Below the pieces are notes generated by a model. That model had not been told where the DNA came from. It saw only the letters and a program-made list of their open reading frames with translations, and searched no databases. A DNA stretch of 63,520 nucleotides, the filler included, from Collodictyon triciliatum (taxonomy: Eukaryota): the NCBI GenBank assembly GCA_043381765.1. It is 4 parts of 4 records of this genome, joined end to end, with 100 filler letters (N's around TTAATTAATTAA, not from the genome) between each part and the next. Parts side by side here need not be neighbours in the genome. Positions count along the whole stretch, not along the records: positions 22,349 to 44,454 come from JBHJMP010001157.1; 3 more parts are not named here. One strand, 5' to 3'. The translations under genes and the position numbers were made by a program. Of this stretch, positions 29,953-40,114 are shown in pieces (the first letter of the stretch is position 1; the number at the start of each line of letters is the position of its first letter).

Positions 29953-30921
29953 ATGTTATCAAAAAATTGATATCACGCGTAAATATCTTCTGTTTTGTCC
30001 AGGACTGTTTGGTAAACACCCTGGAAGTGAAACAATTGTTACAGAATATACAAGCACCGGCGCACGACAAATAACTGAAAAAACGAACAATAGGGAAGTG
30101 CTGGGACAGTTAAATTGCCCGAGCCTTGTCGTAATATTCTGGCTATTAATTGTGTTGATTTTTCACTCATAAATGCCAGTCTTGCTATTGTTTTGCCAGA
30201 AATCGCACCTTATGGAAGCTGGGACTATTTACCATTCATGGACCCACAAAATTTGTTGCGTTATCACACAATTCTGGCAATTTTGCATTAAAGATGGGAC
30301 CGTCAGAATTGCCTCGTGAATTTGATAAAAATTGGTTTCCAGTGTTGTCACCTATGCAAAACACAACAACTGGGCAAAATCGTAATCCTATCGCTGTAGC
30401 TTCAAGGAAAAAAAGATCAACCACCTTTTCATTTGCATCAGTTAACAGCAATGAATTATATTTTACAAAATAACCAGAATCTAGCTGAACTAAGCTCGTC
30501 AAGCGGAAATACAACAGCTGCCACAGCAAGCACAAGTACTGGTAAACAAACAAGATTTACATGGTTTGACACAAGTTTGCGCATGACAACAGGTGGATCG
30601 ACATATGAAACAGTTAATGGCCCGTCGCCTCCCTTGCAAAACATGTTTATATGTTTGGAGGTTGTAATGCTAGACGAAAGTCCCCACATCGCCAGAAATC
30701 CCACTGCTCGAGGCGAGGTTGAGGCAAATGAAAATGAATTTGAAGTACACAATAGACGTCAGGGACATCCCTGCCTGGGCACATAGCTATTGGTTTCCAC
30801 CAATTAATCCAAAAAAAAGAAAAACCTGATGGTATGAAATTTACATTTCACTTAAGACAACGATTTGGTGAACCGTATCGTCCAATTGTGTTTCGTGTTC
30901 TGTGGACTTTTTATTGTTTGA
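29953..30921 (+). pseudogene. Frameshift-interrupted minor capsid (penton)-like gene
   Basis: Pieces in different frames: KLPEPCRNILAINCVDFSLINA, RFTWFDTSLR...GSTYE...NMFICLEV, and KFTFHLRQRFGEPY..IVFRVLWTF*. These resemble single-jelly-roll minor capsid motifs of PLV/NCLDV type. Confidence 0.45.
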
Positions 30922-31319
30922 GTATGCAACATTGTTTTCATACATAACCCATGCCGCCATTTCTCGTAAAAACTATGGAAACTAAAAAAATAGCCATTAC
31001 AACTAAAGAATTAGATGATAATTTAGCCATAACTCTGGGTCATGCTCATAAAAGTATGCGTTAAGAGTTTCGTTACATCACCGGAGACCGTGAACGCAGT
31101 GCGCGAAAAAATCGATACCATTTTGTAGAGGTTTGTGTGTATTAAAAAAGAGATGGATGCCCGTACACGTTCATCAAAGATTTGCATCACTACATTCAGC
31201 AAGCATTGAAATGTGAGTTTCATTATAGTGATTTTCCTCGATTTAAAGAAATGTTTGCTTTTATCATTTTAACGTATGAAGGTCAAATGCCATTTGGACT
31301 GTAAACCATTCATTATCGT

Positions 31320-31757
31320 ATGGAATTTAAAGATCAATACATTGCCAGCTTTCCTCGAGATTACAAAGAATATACACGTCCGAAACCATATGTCAAGGAG
31401 TTTCATCACTCATATTTTTATGAAAGTGATGTCTACGTTAAGTTTCCTGCCAATCATATTCCGGGTAATTATCCAGTCAAAATCATTACACCTCAAAATG
31501 TTCAATATCGACAATGTATGGATGGTGTTTGTCGCACATGCCACAAGTTTGATGATGAAGATTTTATCCTACCTGTGTATTACACACGCTTGCGTTTTGT
31601 GGATAATCCAGAATATCCTGTTATCTCGTATCATAACGTGATAGTGGAAGATAGTCCATTTTATTACGGGGATCGTAAAAAAATATCGAGGCGATTCTGT
31701 CTTGTCCTCATCTCAATCATCTCAATGCTCCCAATCATCTTACATGAGCAAATTTAG
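31320..31757 (+). CDS. Hypothetical viral protein
   Basis: 145-aa ATG ORF with a CxxxxCxxC cluster and a hydrophobic C-terminus. Confidence 0.55.
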   Translation: MEFKDQYIASFPRDYKEYTRPKPYVKEFHHSYFYESDVYVKFPANHIPGNYPVKIITPQNVQYRQCMDGVCRTCHKFDDEDFILPVYYTRLRFVDNPEYPVISYHNVIVEDSPFYYGDRKKISRRFCLVLISIISMLPIILHEQI

Positions 31758-31830
31758 CTACAAAAAAAGCTAAAAAAATATGAATTCTAAACCAAAATAA
31801 ACTAACCAAACCCAAAAAAAACATAGGAAA

Positions 31831-33727
31831 ATGGCAGACGAACCTGAGCCAACGTTATATGACGACGATGATCTACAAGAACTGACAAATGAAGACTGGG
31901 AGATGCTACTCCCGCCCTGCGAAAAAAGGCTTTTTGATAACATCGATCACGACCCTGCAAATTACATACCACACGACGAATTATTTAACCGTGAAAAAGC
32001 AAAACAATTGTTTATAGACGAAATGTCTGAAACAACAACAGCTACTCAGTGTTTTACATACATGTCTCAATTTTTTTGTGCTATAAATTTTTGTAATAGT
32101 ACAAAGAAAACAATCATATTATACTTGACAAAAACACCCACCGAATGCAGCACCCAAGAATGTCCATTATTTACTAATGAAATCCAAAAAATTCCCATGA
32201 CCCAGATTAATACTCAATTTAATGATATGAAAGTGTATGTAAACATCAAAGTAGTCAAAGGCGACAAAGAAACCAGAAAACCAAAAAAATTTACATCTTT
32301 GATGAATTTATGAATTCTTCGCATTTTGTCCGATATGATAAATCGTGTTTTGACCCACCTAATTTACTGGGAGCACCTGTTGAGTTTTTTGGGCGACACT
32401 ACAATACATATACTGGATTGCCTATCGATGAATATCAGATTTCCAAAGTATTTGCCGCCTATGTATTGGAGAGCGATTATGATTACAGATTGCATCCTAG
32501 CTTGTGCTCCATTTTGAATCACATAAAAGAAGTTTTATGTAACAACCATGAAGAAATATATAATTATTTTATTAACTGGTTGGCTTACATTTTTCAAAAC
32601 GCTGGCAGAAAAACTCAGGTGATGGTCATTTTTGTTGGATCGTCTGGCTGTGGCAAATCGACACTGTTTAACTGGTTAAGGCCATTGTTTGGACATTACA
32701 TGGAATCAAAAAAAACATCCGAGTTAGGACAGCAATTTATAGGGCATGAATTTAATGAAAGATTTTTAGTTACAATCGATGAATGGAACATTAGAGAGCT
32801 ACACAATAGCCACGCTGATGGGTTGTTAAAAAATCTAGTCACCGATACAACCATCCGTGTTGAAGCAAAATTTGTGCAAGGATACAGTGCAACTTCTCAC
32901 AATAATTTTCTTGCTTCTTCGAATTATGCCGTCAATTTGGTACCTTCTTCGCTGGGATATTTCCGCCGCATGCTTATTGTCAACTGCGGTGAGACAAGAG
33001 GACCTGAATATTTTAAAACTTTGCATCAAACGGTAGGACATCCAACATTTAACAAACATCGGTACAGTCTATCCATGCACATGTTTGCTAAATTTTTGTT
33101 AGATCGAGATTTAAGCGAATATGTTCCTACTGAGTTTCCTATCACAGAGTTTCAAGTAAATTGCTTGACCAATGGATGGAGAAAGTGTTACAAATGGTGG
33201 TATATTGTATTGAAAAGAGGATATATTATAGACAAATCGTACTTGCATGATAAAAAAATGGTTGAAAATATGAATTCCGAACATTGTAAACAATTTCATG
33301 AATTTACGCCAGAAAATGAAGATTTTAAAACATTTTACACTAAAAAAACCACGGGCTACGCAAACAATGGATATATGACCAATACACGACTGATATGGTT
33401 GATATTTTCAATATGGACACAAAAAGCACAAAACACAACAAAAACGCTTTTTTTACGGAACTTGGACATATAATAAAATACCACGAATATTCATTTGACG
33501 GATATTGCAATATGATTTCTTTTCCATCACAAAGCGAATGCATTCGAGGCTTTTACTTGGCGCACATGGCATCTGGCCTAAAAATACACGACAATCCATT
33601 CAGACTGAATTTAGGACCCGATAACATATATCAATATGTCCTTGACATGATAAATGGTGTCATCCCTCCTACTCCAAGCTCGACTGCAGAAGAACACGAG
33701 GGTTTGATCCCAACACCTAAGGAATAA
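31831..33727 (+). CDS. SF3/D5-like helicase (DUF5906-type), split into three ORFs by two -1 shifts
   Basis: YFINWLAYIFQ, Walker A GSSGCGKST, Walker B LVTIDE, motif B' IRVEAKF, motif C ASSN, arginine finger FRR. The ORFs join at A7 runs 32283-32289 and 33342-33348. Confidence 0.85.
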
Positions 33728-34020
33728 AGCAAATTCTATTTAATATTTAATATTACACAGCCCGATGCAATTATTGTTACACATAAACCAATTTTTTGCG
33801 CATACGAATTTTAATGAACTTTTTATAACCATCATAGTTATTGTATGTTTATTGTATTGGAAAGTGCCTGTATTTAATATTGCCACTAATCAAAAAATGT
33901 ACTGATTTGTGTTGTTTTGTTATTTTTATTTGTCGTCATTCAGTATTGTAAATTTAGCAATGAACTGCAGTTGTTAGTTAAAGTTGGATTCGCTTAAATT
34001 ATTCTAGTTTTATAAATAAA

Positions 34021-34262
34021 ATGTCGCACAAAATGGCCACCAACAAACGCACCAAGTCTGCACCTGATCTATGCCAGTGTCCCAGCTGTTCATTAAATAA
34101 AGGCAAAAAAAAGGAGACAAAGGCGCGCCACCCACTATCCCGCTGCCTGGAAACAAAGGACTAGCAAGACCTAATTTACCTAAGAAACAAATACCTGTAG
34201 GCATGGAACAAAACTACAGACAAGTTCCCAAAGAAACATTAAAACTGCCAAAAGTTACATAA
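34021..34262 (+). CDS. Small basic Pro/Lys-rich protein, needs one -1 shift
   Basis: MSHKMATNKR..CQCPSC..GKKK joins GDKGAPPTIPLPG..PKVT* if the A8 run at 34105-34112 is read as A9. Confidence 0.4.
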
Positions 34263-34450
34263 TTTTTTTTATTCCTGGTATTCCCAATAAAAACCCGTGT
34301 GGTTTTATTTCGCTGATTTTTGGCGGAGGTGTATAATCCTCTATAGCTCTAGGATTCATTATATCAGGGACAGGCAGCACACTCAAATCGATTTTTAATT
34401 GCTTGACGTTCTTTCTGCTGCAGAAACTCATTCTTCATATGTACAATTGT

Positions 34451-34816
34451 CTAGATTTTAAATGCCTTTTTGAACTTTTTGCCAAACTTTTTAAATCCTT
34501 TCTTTGTACTTTTGCCAAACTTTTTGAAAGGTTTTTCAATGGTTTTGCCAACTTTTTTAAAATCTTCTTTGTCCAAATTTTTTATTTCTTTGTACGCCGG
34601 CAATATAGCTTTTTTGTACACTGTTTTTGATGCCTTTTTTCCCCATTTTGCTGAATCTTTAATCCCTTTTATTGCAAAATCGGTCACCTTAGCTGCAGAT
34701 CCAAACAGCTTGCCTAGCGGCGAATATGAAACAAGTAAAATTACCCCACCTCCAACAATCACAGCAATGGTCAGTTTACCTGGAGTGGACTGTACAAAAT
34801 TCGACAAACTACTCAT
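34451..34816 (-). CDS. Small membrane protein with cationic amphipathic tail
   Basis: TM segment LTIAVIVGGGVILLVSY. Tail FKKVGKTIEKPFKKFGKSTKKGFKKFGKKFKKAFKI. Confidence 0.8.
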   Translation of the reverse strand: MSSLSNFVQSTPGKLTIAVIVGGGVILLVSYSPLGKLFGSAAKVTDFAIKGIKDSAKWGKKASKTVYKKAILPAYKEIKNLDKEDFKKVGKTIEKPFKKFGKSTKKGFKKFGKKFKKAFKI

Positions 34817-34854
34817 GTCTATTTATATGTAAAATTAGGAAATAATTTAGTTAT

Positions 34855-35607
34855 TTAACTGCGTACAACATTTTGTCTGATTATTTTTTGTATCGGGTCT
34901 TTGTCGACAGTGTAATTGTTGACAAATCTAAACACATGTGATCTCATTTCCAGGTGAGATGATTTTGTATACATATCACTGTCGACTGTGATTTGGTTAA
35001 TATATTTGTGCAATGCGTTTCTGATTCCCGGAGGTTCGATAGGTCGCTGATCAATTAAATCGTTTCCATACCGCAATAAACTAAGCTTTGCTTTTTTTGG
35101 ATCATTATCGTCTGTACGCTGAAAAACAATGTCATGGAAATAATGAAGAGGGGTGTTTTTTCTTGTGACAATTGTGTTTTCTCCAAGGTTTGGAGCATCA
35201 TAAGCGTAATTAACAATTCTTGCATCAATATCTCTAAATTTCCCATCGACTGAGTTTGTTGGATTTAAGTTGCTTTTTGTGTCAAAAATCATTAAAATCG
35301 GGTCAATAAACTGCTTTACAAAGCCAGCAGGCTGGGTATCTTCTTTTAAAATATTGGTATTGTCTCCCCTCCAGTCTTTCATATAATTTGTACTTCTGTT
35401 GCTTGTAAATTCGTTGAGATTTCCCATGATTTTTCCAGTCCTCATGGTTCTTTCTGAGCCAGCCATCACATTTACCCTCGCTGCGCGGTTATGAAACGGT
35501 ACCAGTCCGTTGTTTTGTCGATTGTAATGAAAACATCGATGATAATTAGGATAAACTGCCGATGCAGGCGAATTTTGATATTGTATATTCTTGAACTGCT
35601 GCGACAT
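34855..35607 (-). CDS. Hypothetical viral protein (250 aa)
   Basis: Clean ATG ORF tiling the region. Confidence 0.8.
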   Translation of the reverse strand: MSQQFKNIQYQNSPASAVYPNYHRCFHYNRQNNGLVPFHNRAARVNVMAGSERTMRTGKIMGNLNEFTSNRSTNYMKDWRGDNTNILKEDTQPAGFVKQFIDPILMIFDTKSNLNPTNSVDGKFRDIDARIVNYAYDAPNLGENTIVTRKNTPLHYFHDIVFQRTDDNDPKKAKLSLLRYGNDLIDQRPIEPPGIRNALHKYINQITVDSDMYTKSSHLEMRSHVFRFVNNYTVDKDPIQKIIRQNVVRS

Positions 35608-35680
35608 TCTAAAATGTATTATATAAAAAAAGAAAGAAAAAATTCTAATTTATAAAATAACTTTGAGATTGATTATATAA

Positions 35681-36109
35681 ATGGAGTCGCAGAATGTCAG
35701 CGTTCAAGCCCTGCATCGTTACTTTGTAGAAACACTCAAGAAATTTGTAGATTATGCACATTACATTGACTTGATTCAAGACAAGCAAGTAGTCACTGAG
35801 AAAATCACCAATTTCAGTCCTTTATTTATGGATTTGCTGAGCCAGTTCCCTTTTCTCTTATTGGACAGTGACCATGTAAAAGATGGCACATATATAATGG
35901 ACTTTTTTGGCGCATTTGTAGACAGAATAAACGAAAAGTTTTCAGTTCCTGAATTTCGCAGCATGCTGATAGCATTGCATCATCGAAGTTACGAACAGAA
36001 ATTCAAAGCATATAGATATGTCGAGTGTTTGGTGAAGATATCTGTAGAACACAAAAAAATTCTAAGCCATCTGATAAACACATCAACTAAAAGCTTCAGC
36101 TATGACTAG
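35681..36109 (+). CDS. Hypothetical viral protein (142 aa)
   Basis: ATG in a TATAAATG context. It overlaps the next gene by 8 nt. Confidence 0.75.
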   Translation: MESQNVSVQALHRYFVETLKKFVDYAHYIDLIQDKQVVTEKITNFSPLFMDLLSQFPFLLLDSDHVKDGTYIMDFFGAFVDRINEKFSVPEFRSMLIALHHRSYEQKFKAYRYVECLVKISVEHKKILSHLINTSTKSFSYD

Positions 36110-37109
36110 TTATTCGTACAGTGCATCTGGCAGCATCCCAGCAAGTGACAACGAGCTTGCATCCTTCACAGAAGAGGGCCATTCACAAGTAATGGAATCG
36201 TTACAAAACATGGATCTAAACAGTGCAAGCAAACAATCTATTCCGTCTCGTCGCAAAAAAACTGTGCCGAAACGTGTGCCAAAACCTATAGGTAAGCGTG
36301 TTGAATTTGACAAAAGTGACGATGTCGAAAGCACAGACTCTGGAATATTCAAACTGCCCCCACTAGAACAAGAAGCAACAGAACCGATTGAAATCGTGAG
36401 GCCTACAACACCCGAACCCAAGCCCCAAGAAGAAGTTTTTTCGTTTTTCAAGAGTTCCAGTCCGTGGAATTATTTCGGTAACGCATTTTCATCGCAATCT
36501 TCCTATCCACCTGCCCATCGAGACAACGATACTGAGAGTGTCAAATCAACAACCAGCAATGATGACAAACCAAAATCATCTAAAAGCAAGAAAAAAAGCG
36601 AGGTCGTGGATGAAACCGATAAAGACGAAGAAGAGGCCAAAAAGAGACAGCTTTTGCATCAAATTGGTCGATATCGAGAAAAGTTTAGCATCAAACTTCG
36701 AAAGCAGCCTACAGATAGAATGTCGGTAAAAGAGCTTGAAGAATTAAAAAAACAAACTATTAGTCAAATTACTGAAAAAGAAGGTTCACGCATTCTAAAA
36801 TCGTTTTATTGTCATGGTCTAACAGCCATCGATCAAGTATCCACAACCATGGGATATGACCATCTTAGAGGACTGGGACAGGTAGGAACTGCAATTGCAA
36901 ATGACGAAGAAAATGAAATTCTTTGGGAACAGTTGGCAATTGAATTTGAAGAATATCTACATGTATCCCCGCAAAAGCGACTGATTTTGTTGACTGCGCA
37001 GATTCTTGCCACTACAGTCCGCATCAATTCCGACCCGCAGTTTGCTGCCAACATAGCACAAGAAATGGGCCAGGCTGAAGAAAGACTTCGCAAGGAATTC
37101 GCCGAATAA
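36102..37109 (+). CDS. Conserved NCLDV-type protein (DUF5767-like)
   Basis: Disordered acidic/Ser N-terminus. LRGLG, ILWEQLAIEF and VSPQKRLILL..ILATTVRIN resemble the 'L.G...FEEL.EKY....PE.RL' signature (recognised by eye). Confidence 0.55.
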   Translation: MTSYSYSASGSIPASDNELASFTEEGHSQVMESLQNMDLNSASKQSIPSRRKKTVPKRVPKPIGKRVEFDKSDDVESTDSGIFKLPPLEQEATEPIEIVRPTTPEPKPQEEVFSFFKSSSPWNYFGNAFSSQSSYPPAHRDNDTESVKSTTSNDDKPKSSKSKKKSEVVDETDKDEEEAKKRQLLHQIGRYREKFSIKLRKQPTDRMSVKELEELKKQTISQITEKEGSRILKSFYCHGLTAIDQVSTTMGYDHLRGLGQVGTAIANDEENEILWEQLAIEFEEYLHVSPQKRLILLTAQILATTVRINSDPQFAANIAQEMGQAEERLRKEFAE

Positions 37110-37133
37110 TTCGTTTTATTATAAAAAATAAAC

Positions 37134-37517
37134 TCAAAATATTTGATGAAACATTTCTGCTGTGAAATCTATTGTAATATCTCTGTACATTGCCACCGTA
37201 AAAAATATAATCGGACCATGTACTTGAAATGAATCATTGTTTGTCATATTCCAGCTTTTTTTGATGATATTTGTTGCGATTGTATTCTGATCGCCATTAG
37301 TTCCGAATACTGCAAACAATCTCAAATCTTGATTATTTACATAAATATTATCAACATGAATTGAAGTTGTATGCCCAATAGATGGATAGACATGGGCCAA
37401 ATACTCGTTTATTACGTCTGTTGGATTGTCTGATGGATATTCTATATATAATTTTCTTGTCGTGACATCAAACTCGTCGCCGTACAAAACTACCACGGTA
37501 ATATAATTATTTTCCAT
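37134..37517 (-). CDS. Hypothetical viral protein (127 aa)
   Basis: Clean ATG ORF. Confidence 0.7.
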   Translation of the reverse strand: MENNYITVVVLYGDEFDVTTRKLYIEYPSDNPTDVINEYLAHVYPSIGHTTSIHVDNIYVNNQDLRLFAVFGTNGDQNTIATNIIKKSWNMTNNDSFQVHGPIIFFTVAMYRDITIDFTAEMFHQIF

Positions 37518-37590
37518 TTCTAAATTATACTATTTTTGATCTTGATAGAGTGCCTAGAATTTACAGCACCTTCGAGTGATATCTTTGGTT

Positions 37591-38300
37591 ATGGAGGAAG
37601 ACATATTGCAATGTAAATATTGTTCTAAATTCGACGTATATTTAAATTTCGAGGGCTATGAATACGTATGTCATTCGTGCGGGAGCGTTCATGCTGTGGC
37701 TATTGGCTGTAGCGCTCATGAATATTTTAAAGATAATTACAATTGGTCTATGGGCAATTTCTACCAAGCAAAGTTTCACTTTAATGAGAGGATGTCTCAA
37801 TGGTGCTGCAACGAGCCTCTCATACCGGATCCTGATGTTAAAATTATTATGGATGCCTGTGCAAAATACGAAAAAGACGGAAAATCAGTCGACTCTAAGC
37901 GAGATATTCAGCGAATACTCCGATCTCTAGGTAGAAAATTCAGCAAAAAATACCTAGAAAAGTGGCTGTCCATACTTCGCAAATACAACAAAAAAATATA
38001 TTTTCCGTGTCCCTCCAATCGTTTAGTGGATTGTTTGAGGTCAAATTTTAATTGTGTTTTGGGTCCGTTTGAAAATAGCAAACCAAAAAATCGCAAACAC
38101 TTGCCCAATTACAACTACATCATACGACAATTATTGTACATAATCGATCCAGAGCTAGACACGATATATTCTTTTTGTTTTCCTTTATTACAAAGCAAAA
38201 AAAAGTTGAAAATTTAGACGAGTTGTGGTTGCCAGTGTGTCAATACAATGGTTGGGAATACAGACAAATGTCAAAAATGAACACAAGCGAGCTATCATAA
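37591..38300 (+). CDS. VLTF3-like (poxvirus A2-type) late transcription factor; C-terminus continues after a -1 shift
   Basis: Zn ribbon CKYC..VCHSCG, Y...FHFNERMSQW, RKHLPNYNYIIRQLL, FPLLQS. The -1 frame after the A8 run (38197-38204) gives VENLDELWLPVCQYNGWEY, matching the family D..W..(I/V)C....W end. Confidence 0.85.
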
Positions 38301-38344
38301 ATAAATAATTCTAATAAATACATAAACAAGAATTACACATCACA

Positions 38345-38530
38345 ATGACTATCCGCACTGAATCTGATTATGGTCTTGATCTGGCTGTTGTGGCTATTGC
38401 TACTTACATCGTAACAGATGATTTCAGAGCCACTGCCCTGCTAACTGTTGTGCATGGACTTGTCCACTACGTTGGATATTCAATGTCCAAACGCTCTAGT
38501 GAAGAAAGTCGTGTTGCTGCTTCGTACTAA
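38345..38530 (+). CDS. Small hydrophobic (two-helix) protein
   Basis: 61 aa with two hydrophobic stretches, followed by AATAAA. Confidence 0.65.
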   Translation: MTIRTESDYGLDLAVVAIATYIVTDDFRATALLTVVHGLVHYVGYSMSKRSSEESRVAASY

Positions 38531-38536
38531 ATAAAA

Positions 38537-39541
38537 CTACTCGTCTTCAATATTATCCATCAAGGTGAAAGATCTTCTGTCTAATTTGTGCATTCTGCTC
38601 TTATCAAAAACGATTTCTCGCTTCATTTCAACTTCTTTTTGCTTCTTGATGTAATGCACATCCCAATATTCTTTACACCCCAGTTTGAACCCTTTTGGGG
38701 GCTCAATGGCTTTCGTGTAAAAAACACATTTTTCTGGATCTGTGGAATTGACAGATAAATTGATAACAAGACAGTGGTTGTCTCTGGTGTAATAATCAAT
38801 AATTGCATCTGCATAATCTGGATGTAGATAAGCCATGTACTGATCGCGAATGTGTTCTCTTTCTCTTTTTGATATCTGTGTAAAAACAAACGCATAATCA
38901 AGATTTGCTCTCATTTTTGGCGTAATCAGTGTTGGATATTGTGTAGTCACAACCAGATGAATTTTGAAATGCCTTCCTGCAATAAACAGTTTTAGAAGCG
39001 TATCACTATATCTGACACCAGAATCTGCCACGGCGTCGTCAAGCATGATTCCACACCAAGGATTGCGGTGTTCGACTGCAGGATTTGTCAAATAAAATTT
39101 TTGTCTATTAATAATCCTTTGTATGAAAAACGAATCAAATTCTTCGTGAATGTATTCTTCCGGAATAATATCTTCCCACGATTTGTTGAGTTTTGCTGTT
39201 GGTGAAATAACCCAAAAAACAGGAATTTGACTCTTGATGTGATCTTGGCTCCATAGATATTTTGTCATGAACGTTTTTCCTGTTCTTCTTTTGCCATACA
39301 GTGCGATTGTGCTGTCAATCTGAATGCCTTTAAAATCAAATAACGCAGGTTTAAAACACATCAGTCTTGCCAATTTGTCTTCCAAAATCAACAAAACATC
39401 AGCGTTAGGATTTATGCTCTCACCGTCGTCTTCATAACTGCGTTTTCTTTTAGTTTCGTTTTCATTTTCTTTCGGTTTTTTTGCAGGTTTGCTGCTTTTG
39501 ACATTTAACGCTTTTGAAATTTCGCTCGAAATTGATGTCAT
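38537..39541 (-). CDS. A32-like (FtsK/HerA) genome-packaging ATPase
   Basis: Walker A GKRRTGKT, Walker B IMLDD, then LFIAGRHFKI, TTQYP and RANLDY. Confidence 0.93.
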   Translation of the reverse strand: MTSISSEISKALNVKSSKPAKKPKENENETKRKRSYEDDGESINPNADVLLILEDKLARLMCFKPALFDFKGIQIDSTIALYGKRRTGKTFMTKYLWSQDHIKSQIPVFWVISPTAKLNKSWEDIIPEEYIHEEFDSFFIQRIINRQKFYLTNPAVEHRNPWCGIMLDDAVADSGVRYSDTLLKLFIAGRHFKIHLVVTTQYPTLITPKMRANLDYAFVFTQISKREREHIRDQYMAYLHPDYADAIIDYYTRDNHCLVINLSVNSTDPEKCVFYTKAIEPPKGFKLGCKEYWDVHYIKKQKEVEMKREIVFDKSRMHKLDRRSFTLMDNIEDE

Positions 39542-39554
39542 GCAATTATATTTA

Positions 39555-39845
39555 TTATTTCATTAGAAATGATAGGTGCGCAATTGGCGAGGACGTCGTC
39601 GATGTCCTAGTGCTTGTGGTTTTTGGCGCTGATTTTACATTCGATTGGCTTTTTGTTCTTTTTACACATTTTGCCTCTTGTTGAGTAGCTGGAGCCGGGG
39701 CAGTCGCTTGGCGAGATTTAACAGCCTGTTGATATGAGGGGGTCAGTCCCACTGGCGATGTCATAGGCCTTGGGCTCATCATGCCATTTTCGACGCTTAC
39801 AAACCTGCCATTTTGTGATCGAGTTGTTGGTTTCCTACCAGACAT
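39555..39845 (-). CDS. Small basic S/T-rich protein
   Basis: 96-aa ATG ORF filling the gap. Confidence 0.65.
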   Translation of the reverse strand: MSGRKPTTRSQNGRFVSVENGMMSPRPMTSPVGLTPSYQQAVKSRQATAPAPATQQEAKCVKRTKSQSNVKSAPKTTSTRTSTTSSPIAHLSFLMK

Positions 39846-39876
39846 TTTTATCTAATTAATTGCTATATTAGAAATA

Positions 39877-40107
39877 ATGGGAAACAAACTACAAAAAGAC
39901 GCATCGTTCAAACACGCGGGGGCTCAACCGAAGCCTGTGAATATGTCCAAATCTCCTTTTATCACAAAGCCAAATTTTGGCTACCAAGAAGACGACTATG
40001 CACAGAAAAAGTTAAACACGCCAGACAAGGTGCACGGTCATTTTATGAAACTGCGTATTGACGATCAGACAAGAGCCATGCTGCACAGAAAAAGCATTCG
40101 CAAATAA
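39877..40107 (+). CDS. Small protein with possible N-myristoylation (MGNKLQK)
   Basis: 76-aa ATG ORF followed by AATAAA. Confidence 0.65.
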   Translation: MGNKLQKDASFKHAGAQPKPVNMSKSPFITKPNFGYQEDDYAQKKLNTPDKVHGHFMKLRIDDQTRAMLHRKSIRK

Positions 40108-40114
40108 ATAAAAA

